Origin: an uncultured virus (IMG/VR IMGVR_UViG_3300030106_006575)
Lineage: Duplodnaviria > Heunggongvirae > Uroviricota > Caudoviricetes
Length of the DNA: 44,682 nt
Direction: 5' to 3' (one strand)
IMG/VR virus record: IMGVR_UViG_3300030106_006575
A program made the translations under genes and the position numbers. Below, one piece after another: positions 1-12,400 of this stretch (position 1 is its first letter; every line of letters begins with the position of its first letter). Below the pieces are notes generated by a model. It did not search any database, was not told where the DNA came from, and saw only the letters and a list, made by a program, of their open reading frames with translations.

Positions 1-2
1 GC

Positions 3-3000
3 TCTACATCAGCAGGGGGCTTGGCGCTAAATGATATGCACCGAGATGTCTACGAGACGAACGAGATTCCAGCACAGGGACCATTTACCGAAAAGTATGT
101 CGGTGGTTGGCCACATCGACACGTCGACTTGAATACATCCAAGGCAGGGAGTATAGACTCTTTAACAAATCGGCTTGAGGGATTCAAAATCACCTTCACT
201 TCAACCAGTGTTTCCGTTGAATCTCAAGACAGTGATAAACCTAATGGAACACTGGCTCTATATCGCAACACAAAAGTGAAGAGCCCTGTCAATATTAGAA
301 ATATTCAGCAACTAACGGGTTCTGGTCAGCTTAATCATATTGGTAACTTCTCAAGGCATTATGAAATAATTCAAACCTCAGACCGCGACATTAACAACAG
401 GGCTTTTGTTAAGCACGAAGGTAAAGGCCCATTCCTTGAGAATAGCAGAGTTAAAAGAAAGGCTCGCGGCACCCTGACCGTAAGCACCCGCGGTATGGCC
501 GGCCTCGGCGAGTTCAAGGACGTTGCAAAACCAAACTTCTATCTCTCTGGTTCATCACATCGCGAGAACAATATTGTATCTCAAGGCAGCAATCAATTTA
601 CCCACAACAACACAACAGATTACGTCATCGTCGAAAGATTCTCGGCCCCTGGTGGACCTGAAACGGCAGGTGACTCAATGGGTGGTGCAGCCCTCGACTT
701 TGGCTCCGCACAGTATTCACCGTACAACAACATTAACTATCGTAACCTGACTGTAAGACTTCCATTAAGAAGGCTTCTCACAGACCACGCCAATCAGTTT
801 GGTCTCAAATCAGATGCATCAACAGCGGAGTGGAACGCTGCTGCCGACGCCCACGACGCCTACAACCCATCAACGGTTAGCTCATTCGACTACAGCGGCA
901 TACCGGCCTTCCACGACGTTAATAGGAACTCTACCCTTCGGTATGAATCTTCAGGCTCTAGAACGGCAGCTGAGACCGTTATAAGGGCACAAACACACGA
1001 CAACTACTGGGTATCCAGAGAGATTCCACAATCTGATACGCAATATGCTTGGATTACAGCCTCGCTTACACACATACCTGGACACCAAACGGTTGTTCTT
1101 GGTCACCCACGCCCTGACGGTATGCACTCAAGCTCCGTGGCGTTTACCTATGCCCTGGCACAAGGTCCGCTTGGCGGGCTCGCAAGCACCGCAAAGACCG
1201 TTGGACCCGGTTTCATTCCGGCATATAACTTTGTTAGTGCGAGTGACGCGGTGAGTAAGAAAGACGGGGTGTGGCTCGGACCAGGCGGCAATGTTTCACA
1301 CGCCATCGCCGGCGGCATTGATAAGCGGAGCGCGAACTCAACTTGTCCTAACAACTTTTTTCCAACTGATTTCGTTGGGATGAACGGCAATCTTCGACAG
1401 ATTATAGATACTGGCTCGTTAATTCTATCCGGTGCAGGATCTCCCTACCACGACGCTCTCCCACAAATCGGCACAGCGCCTTTTTATCAGGCTATCTACC
1501 TGTATGTGAATACTGTATACGGATCTACTACCGGGGATTTCATAACCAGCCTGGCCAATGAAGCCCGCGGCGGCAATGTAGCCGTCCTCAACGCACTCAA
1601 CCTCAACAGGAACGGACCTTACGGATGGCCATCTTGGAAACAAATCAGAACAGGTGAGACTCGTGTCGGTAGATACCTGAGACGAAATAATATCATTTCT
1701 TACAACGAAACCCCGGGTAGTCACTCGGTTACGGAAAACTTTGAAACCATTGCAAGATTTGGAGGACTGAAGAAATACAGAGAGCCAGCATTGGTTTCAG
1801 CATATAGTCCAATCAAGTTTAAGCTTGGGATGAAAGCTTCATATACAGATGTCGGCAATACTGCAACATCTACAGGATTAATGAACGCCGAAGCGACTTA
1901 TGGAAATGAGTTGGTGTTCTTCTCCGATAAAGAGCTTGACGATGCAAAGGGCTTTATTAAATCACAGCCTATTGGATATAAGACAATAACCGATTTTTAC
2001 TTGAGGGGCGGTTTAGAAAATCCCTCATCGCCAGTCGAAAGCTTCGTTGAGTGCACATACAAAGAGATGGTATACCCAAGAGAAGCAAACACATATATGG
2101 ATAAGTCCAGAAAAAGAAACTCGTATGCCAATAACTTCTGGAGAGATAACGAGGAAGATAGAAGAGCACTAGGAAAGAAGAAGACGAACTTTATAGGAAC
2201 AACAGCGGATAGTTTAGACGAAGCAACTGGCTTAGCTCACCGAGGACCCGGGTCAAAGAGAAGTTCGTGGAACCTGGATGGACTATTGTTAAAAACCACA
2301 AGTACAGGTTCGGAAGATTATACGGCAACGCTGACAGGCAGTGAAGTCGGAATCCTGCAAGATTACTCAGCAATATTGCACCACGGATCAAAAAACCTTT
2401 TGACAGCATCTTGTATTTACGCAAGACCACATCTTATGGCTGCGACATCATCTCTTAGGAACCGCACTGGTCCGGACCTTTCTTACACCGGCTCGGCAAA
2501 TCTAGGCTCAGCGCACTTCCCACACGGCAGAATGAAGATCTATGGTGGTATAACCCGATGGGAAGCTGGCGCACAAGCAGGCGTGATTAACGATGAAGGA
2601 ATCTTTGTAAACCGACCTACTGCTCCGTTTTATGATAGCTATGACGATTATGCCGATGACTTGAGATCAATCGCCAAGGATTATTCAATCGTTCCAGAGT
2701 TCAGGATTAGTGAACATATCGAATTCTATATGAATGAAAAACAAGGTAACTTCTTGGCACCAAATCCGAAACTCTTATCTATTTTTGGATGCCCGACTGG
2801 TTCATCGGTGCCACAGAATAGTTCGGAGGATGAATTCTTTAAAGTTTACTCAACATCTGATTTTATGAAGCATTTTGCCGAGATAAAAGATGATCACAAA
2901 GAAATAGCAAATCCAACAGAGATAACTTTGACTTGCAAAGCAGCGATGAAATTTCTCCCCTATAACGGATTCTATCCAGCGGAAAGGACTGTGGAGATCG

Positions 3001-5273
3001 CAACACAATTCTCTAAATCTTATGGACAATATGTGCTTTCTACGGGGGACGACACCGGCAACGAGCAAGCCCGAATGCGCCCCTTAATCGCTCCATTATT
3101 CGCTCCTGGGGTCCTGTTCAACACAATCAAGTCTGGTATCGCTGTAGATTATCCTATGTACACCGGATCATACAAAAGATCCAGACCCGGGACTCAAGAT
3201 ATTTATATGATTGCTACCGCTTCTCACGCCCGACACGATTCTGGCGGGAAGCTGGCTGGCTGGGACATTCGAGTGCCGTTTGAATCTTTGGCTTCGCCAG
3301 AACAATACCTTACTGAGATTCCTTTTCACGATTTAGAAGTACATCCGTCTGCTGCGCTAGATGTGACGGCATCTTGGACCGGTCTTGGCGATGGTTTATA
3401 TAAAATGATGGCGAACAACTTCTTGGCTGAAGTCCCAGAGTTCTTTTTGCCGTCTGGAGAATTCTCTACATTAAAGTCCAGCCCTCAGAGCACATTTAAC
3501 TCTTTTGATACCGGCTCGGTTTATGGTATGAGAATTAAGCTTCGTAAATCATACAATAAAGGTCGAGGCGAAACAGCGTTCACTAAAACTGGTGGAGGTT
3601 TTCATTATCCACAAGATCACTGGACGGATTTCGACTTCGGCGCGACTCTGTTAAGAGAGACCTTTACGATGTATAGTCGACCATCTGCTTTTGGTCCCCC
3701 TGTGTCTGGTCGCCACCCTATAGATGTTAATCAAGATTATGGTGAGGCTAGCAATGCTAGGGTGGATATCGGCGATTCACTAATGGGAGTCAACCCTTCA
3801 TTCACGCCCCCCTATTACGACGGAGAGGCTTGGTGCGACATCTTGTTCCGCCCAAGTTCAAGTTTTGTTACATTATCTGATATTTTAGCAGATTCTAGAA
3901 AAATATATTGGAGATTTGATAGGTTGGGTGAGACGACCGTCCAACAACTCGGCGCCGGGGTCGGATCAAATAATACTCACCCATATGGTAACAATAACAT
4001 TAACAACTTCTCTATGCAGTTAAGTTCTTCTTTCAACTTATTCCAAGAGGTGAAACAACCTACAACGACTTTTGACAAAAAAGGAAATCCTATAACTGTT
4101 TCTACGGGTGAAGAAGGAGAATCAGTCTGGGTAATCCAGCCCAAATTTGAAACTCCAATGTTCAATTTTAGTACCACCGGCTCTCATCCGATAACGAATG
4201 CAGCCGGCAACCTCAATCTACCAGTTAATAACTCCGAATCTATTTCTATTGGTATGTGGCACCAGTTTGGTGTTATCCCAACTGATCCGTCAAAGGGAAT
4301 ATTTTTGGAACTAGCAGATATACCAGAGCTGTTTAGATCAGTCCGAGTGCCGAACTATGTTTCAGGCTCCCTCGGTAGCGGACTTGATACAAACTCTCAC
4401 AAATATGATGATTTGAACTATCAAGGATATTATAACGTTAGTGGAACGGTCTTGTCTCTGCTGGAAATGGTCGATTTCCCAGAAAGGACTATGAAGCTCG
4501 GGAGAACAGCCCAGTCAAAACGCGTTAGTGAAGCCGTTGTGGCAGTGCCTTTCATCGAGGAAGCCGGCGCAAGAGTATTCTTCAATGTTGACCGCAAACT
4601 AGTCACTGATGCAATAGAGAATCCAGCCACAACAACTGCCGGAGAATCAATTAAGAGCATGATTGCCGCAATGAGAAAGTACGTCGTACCACCGACTATG
4701 GACTTTCTTGCATTTCCAGGTCAAGTTGATCCTATATCGATGTATTTCTTTGAGTTTGAATATGACTTCACTCAAGACGACTTGGTTCATATGTGGCAGA
4801 ACTTGATGCCGCCGAGTGGTAAGATTGTCAAGATGGCAGAAGCCAAGGTTAGTCATAGCCTATTATTGAATGAGATATTTGGTAATGTGGCAACAGCAAC
4901 CGGAGAACCGATTAATGATAAGCTTAAGTGGATGGTATTTAAGGTTAAACAAAAGGCTAAGAAAAATTATTATTCCAAAGTTGCTGGCGCTCAAGTCAAT
5001 ATTGACCCAAGATATTCATTTACCTTCAACGTTGGTGGAAGCACTGAAGCCACCATTCTACAGTCGGAGCTAAGTTATAACTGGCCATATGATAACTTCT
5101 CTTTGGTCGAGATGATCAAACTTGAATCAGAAGTTAAATTCGCACCTCTGTCACAAGAAACTGATCCTGCACTAGTTAATCCAAGCAACGCGCAGATAAT
5201 AGCGTCGGGGGTTCAGGCTAACACCGGTTCCGCGGTAAAACAAGCCCCAACAATACCAACAGGGAAAAACTAA
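3..5273 (+). CDS. Very large virion structural protein (baseplate/tail region), 5'-truncated
   Basis: Frame is open from position 3, so the TTG at 21 is probably not the real start. Over 1750 aa, rich in SGS/TGS/TAS. Function inferred from context only. Confidence 0.55.
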   Translation, partial: STSAGGLALNDMHRDVYETNEIPAQGPFTEKYVGGWPHRHVDLNTSKAGSIDSLTNRLEGFKITFTSTSVSVESQDSDKPNGTLALYRNTKVKSPVNIRNIQQLTGSGQLNHIGNFSRHYEIIQTSDRDINNRAFVKHEGKGPFLENSRVKRKARGTLTVSTRGMAGLGEFKDVAKPNFYLSGSSHRENNIVSQGSNQFTHNNTTDYVIVERFSAPGGPETAGDSMGGAALDFGSAQYSPYNNINYRNLTVRLPLRRLLTDHANQFGLKSDASTAEWNAAADAHDAYNPSTVSSFDYSGIPAFHDVNRNSTLRYESSGSRTAAETVIRAQTHDNYWVSREIPQSDTQYAWITASLTHIPGHQTVVLGHPRPDGMHSSSVAFTYALAQGPLGGLASTAKTVGPGFIPAYNFVSASDAVSKKDGVWLGPGGNVSHAIAGGIDKRSANSTCPNNFFPTDFVGMNGNLRQIIDTGSLILSGAGSPYHDALPQIGTAPFYQAIYLYVNTVYGSTTGDFITSLANEARGGNVAVLNALNLNRNGPYGWPSWKQIRTGETRVGRYLRRNNIISYNETPGSHSVTENFETIARFGGLKKYREPALVSAYSPIKFKLGMKASYTDVGNTATSTGLMNAEATYGNELVFFSDKELDDAKGFIKSQPIGYKTITDFYLRGGLENPSSPVESFVECTYKEMVYPREANTYMDKSRKRNSYANNFWRDNEEDRRALGKKKTNFIGTTADSLDEATGLAHRGPGSKRSSWNLDGLLLKTTSTGSEDYTATLTGSEVGILQDYSAILHHGSKNLLTASCIYARPHLMAATSSLRNRTGPDLSYTGSANLGSAHFPHGRMKIYGGITRWEAGAQAGVINDEGIFVNRPTAPFYDSYDDYADDLRSIAKDYSIVPEFRISEHIEFYMNEKQGNFLAPNPKLLSIFGCPTGSSVPQNSSEDEFFKVYSTSDFMKHFAEIKDDHKEIANPTEITLTCKAAMKFLPYNGFYPAERTVEIATQFSKSYGQYVLSTGDDTGNEQARMRPLIAPLFAPGVLFNTIKSGIAVDYPMYTGSYKRSRPGTQDIYMIATASHARHDSGGKLAGWDIRVPFESLASPEQYLTEIPFHDLEVHPSAALDVTASWTGLGDGLYKMMANNFLAEVPEFFLPSGEFSTLKSSPQSTFNSFDTGSVYGMRIKLRKSYNKGRGETAFTKTGGGFHYPQDHWTDFDFGATLLRETFTMYSRPSAFGPPVSGRHPIDVNQDYGEASNARVDIGDSLMGVNPSFTPPYYDGEAWCDILFRPSSSFVTLSDILADSRKIYWRFDRLGETTVQQLGAGVGSNNTHPYGNNNINNFSMQLSSSFNLFQEVKQPTTTFDKKGNPITVSTGEEGESVWVIQPKFETPMFNFSTTGSHPITNAAGNLNLPVNNSESISIGMWHQFGVIPTDPSKGIFLELADIPELFRSVRVPNYVSGSLGSGLDTNSHKYDDLNYQGYYNVSGTVLSLLEMVDFPERTMKLGRTAQSKRVSEAVVAVPFIEEAGARVFFNVDRKLVTDAIENPATTTAGESIKSMIAAMRKYVVPPTMDFLAFPGQVDPISMYFFEFEYDFTQDDLVHMWQNLMPPSGKIVKMAEAKVSHSLLLNEIFGNVATATGEPINDKLKWMVFKVKQKAKKNYYSKVAGAQVNIDPRYSFTFNVGGSTEATILQSELSYNWPYDNFSLVEMIKLESEVKFAPLSQETDPALVNPSNAQIIASGVQANTGSAVKQAPTIPTGKN

Positions 5274-6362
5274 ATGCTTTTTGCAAACAAAAAAGAAGAA
5301 GTCCTCGATATACAGCTTACCCCTCACGGTAGATATTTGCTATCCTTGGGCAAGCTGAAGCCAGTATACTATTCGTTCCACGACAGCAATATTTTGTATG
5401 ATGGAAAATATGCGAGCTTGACTGAGGACACAAAGGATATCGAAGACAGGATCCAACACAACACTCCGCAATCTAAAACTTTAACCACAAGAGTTAGTAG
5501 AGAGAAAAACTTTTCAAGACCACATCTGCCATCTATGACACTATCTCCTGAAGTTAGTCCTGCAACAGCATTGGCGACGGCAAAACAACTAAGTGAGCAA
5601 AAATATTTCTTAACAACACATCCTATAGGATCGTGTTCTCCCGCTACAGATTTAAGTCCCAAGTGGTCCGTGAAACTGTTGAACGGAGAGATATCTGGAT
5701 CAGTGCCTTATATGACTGCGAGTTATCAAACTTTGGGAATCCCGCAGGTTGATGTTGACCTAACTTATAAAGTTGCGATCTTTAGAAATGGAATGGACTC
5801 TAGTCTGCCTATCGATCCAGATCCGGTCCTTTCAAGCAAAGTATACAGCGACGGCACTTATGTTGTCGTTGACCCAGACCACATATTGCTTGAGGTCTTA
5901 GAGGAAAATACGGAATACGATACTTACAATGTTGAGATGGAAGTTTTTGAAGTGTTGCACGAAGAGGTAGCAGGTGCTAATGCCGGCCTGACCGGTGATC
6001 AAAGTTCTCAAGAAGTTCTCCGCCCCCTCTTCTTCGATAAGCAGGTTAGCCAAATACGAAACAATATCTTGTTAGATCGTTCTGAAATGCCTGATCCAAG
6101 CCATACTGCCGTGCCTGTAAATCCTGATGAAATGGTTAATTATTTTTTTAGCGTATTGGCTGATGGGGAAATCGATGTTACGGACTTGAGCATAGCAAAA
6201 GCCGCCCTTAAGACCAAGAACTTGAATGTAACCTTGGATGTGCCAGCTATTCCAGATCCGAGAACAGCGAACTATCGTGCTAGCAGATATGATGTGTACC
6301 TTGCTGGAAATGATGCACCGTGCACAAAGGGTCCGGAGGATACAAAAGAATGTCCCGACTAG
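5274..6362 (+). CDS. Virion structural protein; N-terminus paralogous to 14270..15175
   Basis: LDIQLTPHGRYLLSLGK..YYSFHDSNILYD aligns by eye with LDAVLTDTGRMRMAKG..FAFGDDEIDY; ATG abuts the upstream TAA. Confidence 0.55.
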   Translation: MLFANKKEEVLDIQLTPHGRYLLSLGKLKPVYYSFHDSNILYDGKYASLTEDTKDIEDRIQHNTPQSKTLTTRVSREKNFSRPHLPSMTLSPEVSPATALATAKQLSEQKYFLTTHPIGSCSPATDLSPKWSVKLLNGEISGSVPYMTASYQTLGIPQVDVDLTYKVAIFRNGMDSSLPIDPDPVLSSKVYSDGTYVVVDPDHILLEVLEENTEYDTYNVEMEVFEVLHEEVAGANAGLTGDQSSQEVLRPLFFDKQVSQIRNNILLDRSEMPDPSHTAVPVNPDEMVNYFFSVLADGEIDVTDLSIAKAALKTKNLNVTLDVPAIPDPRTANYRASRYDVYLAGNDAPCTKGPEDTKECPD

Positions 6363-6372
6363 GAGATAATAG

Positions 6373-9300
6373 ATGGCTACTTTAATAATCGATGAGGTAA
6401 TCAGATATACCGATAGGGTCGAAGTGTTTGTAAAAGTTCACGAGACTTCAGGAACGGGCATCCTTGCCAACACTACTAACATTAATGAGCTAATCCCAGG
6501 CGACCTTGACCAATCTGCCCAATTCCCATCAACAGATGATATACTGGGATATGTGAGTTACAATGTTTCTGTATCTACCATACCATCTTTTTTCGCGCCC
6601 GCAGGATTTACACCGCCTAGTTTAACTACGAATACAACAAACTGGGCTGTTATCGATCCTGGTAGCCCTGCTATTCCTCCGAATCAAGCAACTACAGTTG
6701 GCTATAGTCCCTCTGGGGCCCCAATACAAGAGATTCCTTATCCTATGGTATCAGTGGATAGTCCGGTCGGCCCCACGGTTAGCGAATCGGGTTATCTTGA
6801 GGTTGTAGTGACACCAGACATTAATTTTGGACAACTACAAGAAGATTATGGATTTACGATACCTCCTAATCTTGTTCCTTCTCTCAAAGCAAATCTTTTA
6901 AATCTTTCGCCTGTAGCAATCCAGGTTGTTGTTAACGGATTGCCTGTAATCAATAAATATGTTTATACAGATAATTCAAGTGGGCAGATTTACAATGGTC
7001 CTGTCCATTTTCATCCTACTAGTGGGTATATGGCAGGAGCAGTACACACGAGTCAGCCACACGCTTCTCTTACTAGACAGATAATACCAGATATCACGAT
7101 TAAGGATCACACCATAAAAGACGGCATTTTGGGTTTAGACCTTGGAGCTGCCTTAAATATGCATCCTGAAGATGTTTTGGAAAATCTAGGCAATACTACC
7201 GCCGGAAATGCAATAACATACTCACATATCTCGGAGCCTTTAGAATCTAAGCTTCCAGACGGTAAATCTAGATTTTTGTTTTATGCAGATTATCCTAGAT
7301 TGGTGAGATCTGTTAGTCGATACCCCGGCTTTAGCGACATGATGATATATGACTCGGCACTCATCAAAAGTCTAAAAATCTTCCGTTCCAGGGGTACGGA
7401 TAGTACGAACTTGACGCCACTTGGAGTCAGCGTTGTTAGCGATGATACTATGGAAAATCATATAGACGATAGGCAGTTAGTGATTTCTTCGGCTGACAGA
7501 GGCGCCCAAAACCAATCAATGGGTTCGAATATAACAATGCGGTCTTCCAAAGGAAAGCTTGTAGCTGCCAATAGATCAGTAGATAAGAATCTTGACGGAA
7601 GCTTGGAGACTTTGGTCGGATCGATCCAGGAAATAAGCGCTGCCAATCTTCAAAGTTACCGGATATTTTCCGTTGTTGATCACGAGATATCAGAGTTTAC
7701 GAATGGTAAGTATCGATACATACTAGAAATGGAAACAATAGATCCAACCATTCTTTATCTGAATTCAAAACTAAGTTCTATGTGTGCCGTAAAAGACCAA
7801 CTGGAGGATCTTGTAAACTACACTGAAACCTTTCCTGTTTTTGATTATTTGAATAGAAGCTACACTAACAGCTATATGACAAACCACTCTAATACTCACA
7901 ATATCACAATCAACAATGCCATAATTGAAATCTTGGATCTGATAGAGGTGATAACGGGTACGCGAGATGACATGGTGTTAAACTATTTATTGTCTGTTTC
8001 GAATACATTAACCGGCGATCCTGCTGGGCTTGCGATTCTGCTGGAAGTGATGAACTCGTTTGAAAATAAGCTTGTCACGATACTTGGTGATAACCTTGCC
8101 TCAGATAACGCGGGCAATGGTGGTAGCAGCAGTAATACCTGGATAAGTAACGTGTCTAATCCATTTTCTAATATGCTGTTTTTCGAGAAACATTTTGATT
8201 ATCTGGCAAACAAAAATGCCCCTGCAAACTTTGGGTACAACTATCTAGGACCTACATATGGACTATTTCCGATGATTGCTGGAAACACTTATATCTCCAG
8301 GCAAACACAGGAGAGCCGCAAAGTTTATACACCCGCGGGCGCCCAATCAACAGTAATTGAGGGAGCTTTAATATCTCAAGCCAAACAGAATGCTTTAAAT
8401 GCAACATCTGTTGACTATTCGTATATGACACCAGCATCCATTTTGGCTGGCTCTATAGAAATGCCACTCATCGGCGTAAACTCTCAAATATACAACATAG
8501 AGATGTATAGAGAAATAAAAGTAAGACTAATCCAAGCCAACAATGCACTGGTACAGTCTTATAGTCAGAATACTAGCTTGTCTGAAATGTCGGCAGAAAT
8601 GCTTGCTAATATTGGAGTATCTCTATATCAGACCAGTTATACCAGCGACGTAAACCAAACGTATACTGATGATACAACAAGCATTTTTGGATCGAACAAC
8701 TTTAATGAAAATAATATTGAACAAACATTCGATACAGTAAACGTCGGCATTTCTAACCCTTTTATAGCAGAGGCAACCAATATCGTGGCTTCGGCTGTTG
8801 GAAACTTAATTGCTGAGTCCGGGGTTTTCAATCCTGATAGTGTCTACAACCAGGATCAAGAAGTTCAGAATGCCGACAGTCTGGGTACAGCCACATCTGG
8901 GCTTTCGATTGAAAACTTCGACATTACAAAGCAAAATAATCTTTTAAATAATATGTCGACCACTCAGATTGCCCAGCTTCCTCTTGGGGTCAAATCCTTG
9001 GTTCAGGGCAGACAATCATTCACGCTTAAAAACTGGCTGGATCACGATAAAGACTTATTTAGAGATCCTGACCTAAGAGACATATACCGCTTTAACCAAG
9101 GTATGACAGTGAGGGTAGAATATTTAAGTGGACACGGACAAACCAGCCTTGGGCCATCGGTAAAACTTCCCCAATACAACCCTCTGAGTTCGGCTACGTT
9201 GCAACAGATACCACTGGCTAAACCAATGATAGCAAGGCTGAGAGTGATAAATATTCCAGAGATCGCAATTGGCTTCGATGATAACCTAGATGCCGACATA

Positions 9301-9438
9301 TATACGCAAAACTTTTTGATCTCAAATTTGCCGGGTGCACCCTCATTGGCAGCAACAAATATTGTTAGTAGAAGTCAGAACTTGACTAATTATGTTATGG
9401 CACAAATTAACCTTGCCACAAGCTTTGGAGCGTACTAA
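6373..9438 (+). CDS. Large hypothetical virion protein (1021 aa)
   Basis: Long ORF with AGGAG SD at 6361-6365; structural operon context. Confidence 0.5.
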   Translation: MATLIIDEVIRYTDRVEVFVKVHETSGTGILANTTNINELIPGDLDQSAQFPSTDDILGYVSYNVSVSTIPSFFAPAGFTPPSLTTNTTNWAVIDPGSPAIPPNQATTVGYSPSGAPIQEIPYPMVSVDSPVGPTVSESGYLEVVVTPDINFGQLQEDYGFTIPPNLVPSLKANLLNLSPVAIQVVVNGLPVINKYVYTDNSSGQIYNGPVHFHPTSGYMAGAVHTSQPHASLTRQIIPDITIKDHTIKDGILGLDLGAALNMHPEDVLENLGNTTAGNAITYSHISEPLESKLPDGKSRFLFYADYPRLVRSVSRYPGFSDMMIYDSALIKSLKIFRSRGTDSTNLTPLGVSVVSDDTMENHIDDRQLVISSADRGAQNQSMGSNITMRSSKGKLVAANRSVDKNLDGSLETLVGSIQEISAANLQSYRIFSVVDHEISEFTNGKYRYILEMETIDPTILYLNSKLSSMCAVKDQLEDLVNYTETFPVFDYLNRSYTNSYMTNHSNTHNITINNAIIEILDLIEVITGTRDDMVLNYLLSVSNTLTGDPAGLAILLEVMNSFENKLVTILGDNLASDNAGNGGSSSNTWISNVSNPFSNMLFFEKHFDYLANKNAPANFGYNYLGPTYGLFPMIAGNTYISRQTQESRKVYTPAGAQSTVIEGALISQAKQNALNATSVDYSYMTPASILAGSIEMPLIGVNSQIYNIEMYREIKVRLIQANNALVQSYSQNTSLSEMSAEMLANIGVSLYQTSYTSDVNQTYTDDTTSIFGSNNFNENNIEQTFDTVNVGISNPFIAEATNIVASAVGNLIAESGVFNPDSVYNQDQEVQNADSLGTATSGLSIENFDITKQNNLLNNMSTTQIAQLPLGVKSLVQGRQSFTLKNWLDHDKDLFRDPDLRDIYRFNQGMTVRVEYLSGHGQTSLGPSVKLPQYNPLSSATLQQIPLAKPMIARLRVINIPEIAIGFDDNLDADIYTQNFLISNLPGAPSLAATNIVSRSQNLTNYVMAQINLATSFGAY

Positions 9439-12400
9439 GTGAGCTTAACCAAAAAATATATTTATATACATCAGAGCAGCCAGAGTGACAACGCTGCACC
9501 AGATTCCATTCGTAATGCACTCGGGCGCGCCTGGGTTCCAACCACCACCACTGGTATGCAATATGGCTGGGAGCCGCCAGGAGGAACTCCGGAAAGACCA
9601 TTCGAAAATATTGCCTATGGACCAGTCATTAAGTGGGGAACACAACTGTTCAACGGCGTTGTCCTCCCAGCCCGCACGCAGATTTGTTCTGTAAGCCCAA
9701 GTGGGTGGATGTTTAATGATCCCGGCACTGGTCAAAGCCAGTCCACCTCCGCAGAGTATTGTACTCTAGAAGACACCTCCGGATTCACGGGCCTGCTTTG
9801 GGACCACCCATCGCCGGGGGCGGGGACTTATTGGAATTATATGTTCGATGATCATCACAGTTACGGAAACCCAATAGAGATTTTGCAGAAAATAATTAAT
9901 CATAGGCGCATGTGGTACCTTGGAGCATATATGCCGGTTGAGTATGTAGAAACATCGATGGGTGAAGATCCCTTTTTTCCGGCAGCGCATCCTTGCGGGT
10001 ATCGGTTTAATGTTTTGCCTCCAGGACAATATACAAATCCCTCTCAATACGGCCTGTGGCACAACAATGTCAACGGCACATTTGAAGATCCGCCCGGTCC
10101 AGTCAGACTATTCAAAGATTCGTGGTTTCAGATGTCAGCACCGTTCTCCAAAGGAGAATCAGCCAATTATTCGGAAGACCCAGAACAGACTTCCAGAGCG
10201 ATTAGCTCTAACGTGACGTTTAACTATAACTTCTATATGAAAGCCTATGAGCAGGTATTGGCTGGCAATACACCTTTCGGTACTGAATACGCAGCCACCT
10301 ATACGGTGACTGACGCCGAAGGAAATGAGCAGGAATTAGTCACCGGCGCCACCACCGACAGGGGCATTGGTGAGATAACAATCCCTCATTTGTATCTAAC
10401 CGTAAACTCCCCCGGTCCAGTACCATATGCACTATACTTGCAAAACAACGCTTATGACAGGTTTACAGCGTTCGCGGATTTGGTATTGAAAACCGGATAC
10501 AGAGACTTGCTTATACCAGTTAAGCAGCAACCATTTTTACAAGCCTCAAACATATATAGAACACAGTTCCCAATGGATGCTACAGTATCTTTCGGCACCG
10601 ACAGAAACACTTTTGTCGCCGACTCATTGGAAGATTCAAAAATGGATTCTGTTATGCTCCGTCGCCTATCTGAAGTTGAGGAAGGAGCCAGCCCACCCGG
10701 CAACACACTTGCTATGAACCAAGATATGACGTACTCATATTTAAGAAAATACTATGATACGATCAGCGGCGATGCAGCCAATTATGGAACAGTATTCGAA
10801 AGAAGCATACAGACTTTTGATTTCTATGATTGGGTTAAGAGTCTTCCGAATGTTCCACCTTCGTCTGTTCCTTTGCCGGAAGACCACGTTTTCTTAGGTC
10901 TCGCAAATGATTCGGCGGATATGGCTTTGAAATCTGGGCTCTATAACGTAGACTTCTCATTTTTGGCGAATCACATTATCCTGTCAGGCAAGATTAATGA
11001 AATAGCACACAAGCACTTAAGAACATATGAGCAGATGATGTTAGGGCACACCCCGCATTCTGAGACATTGGCATACCGAATATCGAAATATAGAACACAA
11101 GATATAATAGATACAACACAAGATGTTATTGGACTGGTGGCTCTTGTCGATAGCGGTCTGCTTTCTAGTGATCTTGTCAACAGTATTGCACAGGGCTTAA
11201 CCTCCGACACGTCCGCCGCCCAAGAGCTTACCACAGCCCTAAACAACCCGGATAACATAGAACAACTGTTCTCAGTATTTGACACTTTAGGCATAGAGCC
11301 CATCCAGAATGTTTGGATACCGAACTCAAATTCTATCGACATCATTGAATATGTCGACACGCAGGTTAAGTACAACCAGGGCTATACATATATGGTCAAG
11401 GCATATCAGCTTTCAGTTGGAACAGAATATTTCTATTCTAGCTATAATGTATATGATCCGGTGGTGCTTGAGGTTTCCGGCGATGAAAATGCTGCATCCC
11501 CTATAGCTGTGGCCATGACTGAGAACTACTTCGCTGGACCAATTGGAAGCGGCGCCGCGTCATCTAACTTTATCGCAGCGATGAATGCAGCATCCTGGGA
11601 TCAAATTGTCGGAAATGTTGGATACGAGATCATCACCGGCGGTGTTTTGTTCTTCTTCGGCCAATCATATACATCCGAAAGCCCTATTCTAAATATTCTG
11701 ATCAATCTAGGCGGCGGCGCCGGGATGTACGTCCCCCAAATCTACTCTTTTTTGCAAGGAAACAACGCGGCATCTGGTATTACATCGCCACCCGTGGCCA
11801 TAAGCCTAATGTCTCCGTCAATGTTTTCACCTGGCGGAATGCCCGAGATATATATCCACTATGTGATGCCAGACAATAGCCAGCCACCGCCTATTGAAAT
11901 CTACGGCGCCGCGATCACCGGCACCGGACCGCGACAATGGGTGGCCTTCTGGACGTCGCCCGCCGCAGCCGCTGGATCGTATACCCCAACTGCATGTGAC
12001 CAATTCCACGCAACAGTGCTCCAGCTGCAACAAAACATATTATACCATACAGGTCTTGCGGAAGGTCTTAACTTTGGAGCGGGCAGCACGTATGGGTCCA
12101 ACGATGTGCTTCCTGATCCCTCCAACTTGATATCGCCCGCAACGGGGGATTACGGCACAGGCGTAAATTGGGGGGTGCTACCGGTTTACAACGAAAATGG
12201 TCAGATGGCGGGCGTAGAGTATACTATGCAGCCCGGTGGAACTCCTTTTAACACTTTTTATGGTGTCGAAGACGCTGAAGATTGGCTGCTGGGTGGCTCG
12301 ACACAATCGCCCAATAGCTTCGATTTTAGCCCAGGTGGCGGGTTATATACTGAATATTCTTCAACATCTGCTGGGCTCTCTTCCGAACAAGTTTATTTGG

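Noticed and set aside
5271..9441. Read-through at abutting in-frame junctions 5273/5274 and 9438/9439
   Set aside because: Both stops are TAA and the downstream starts have SD-like sequences; translational coupling is sufficient.
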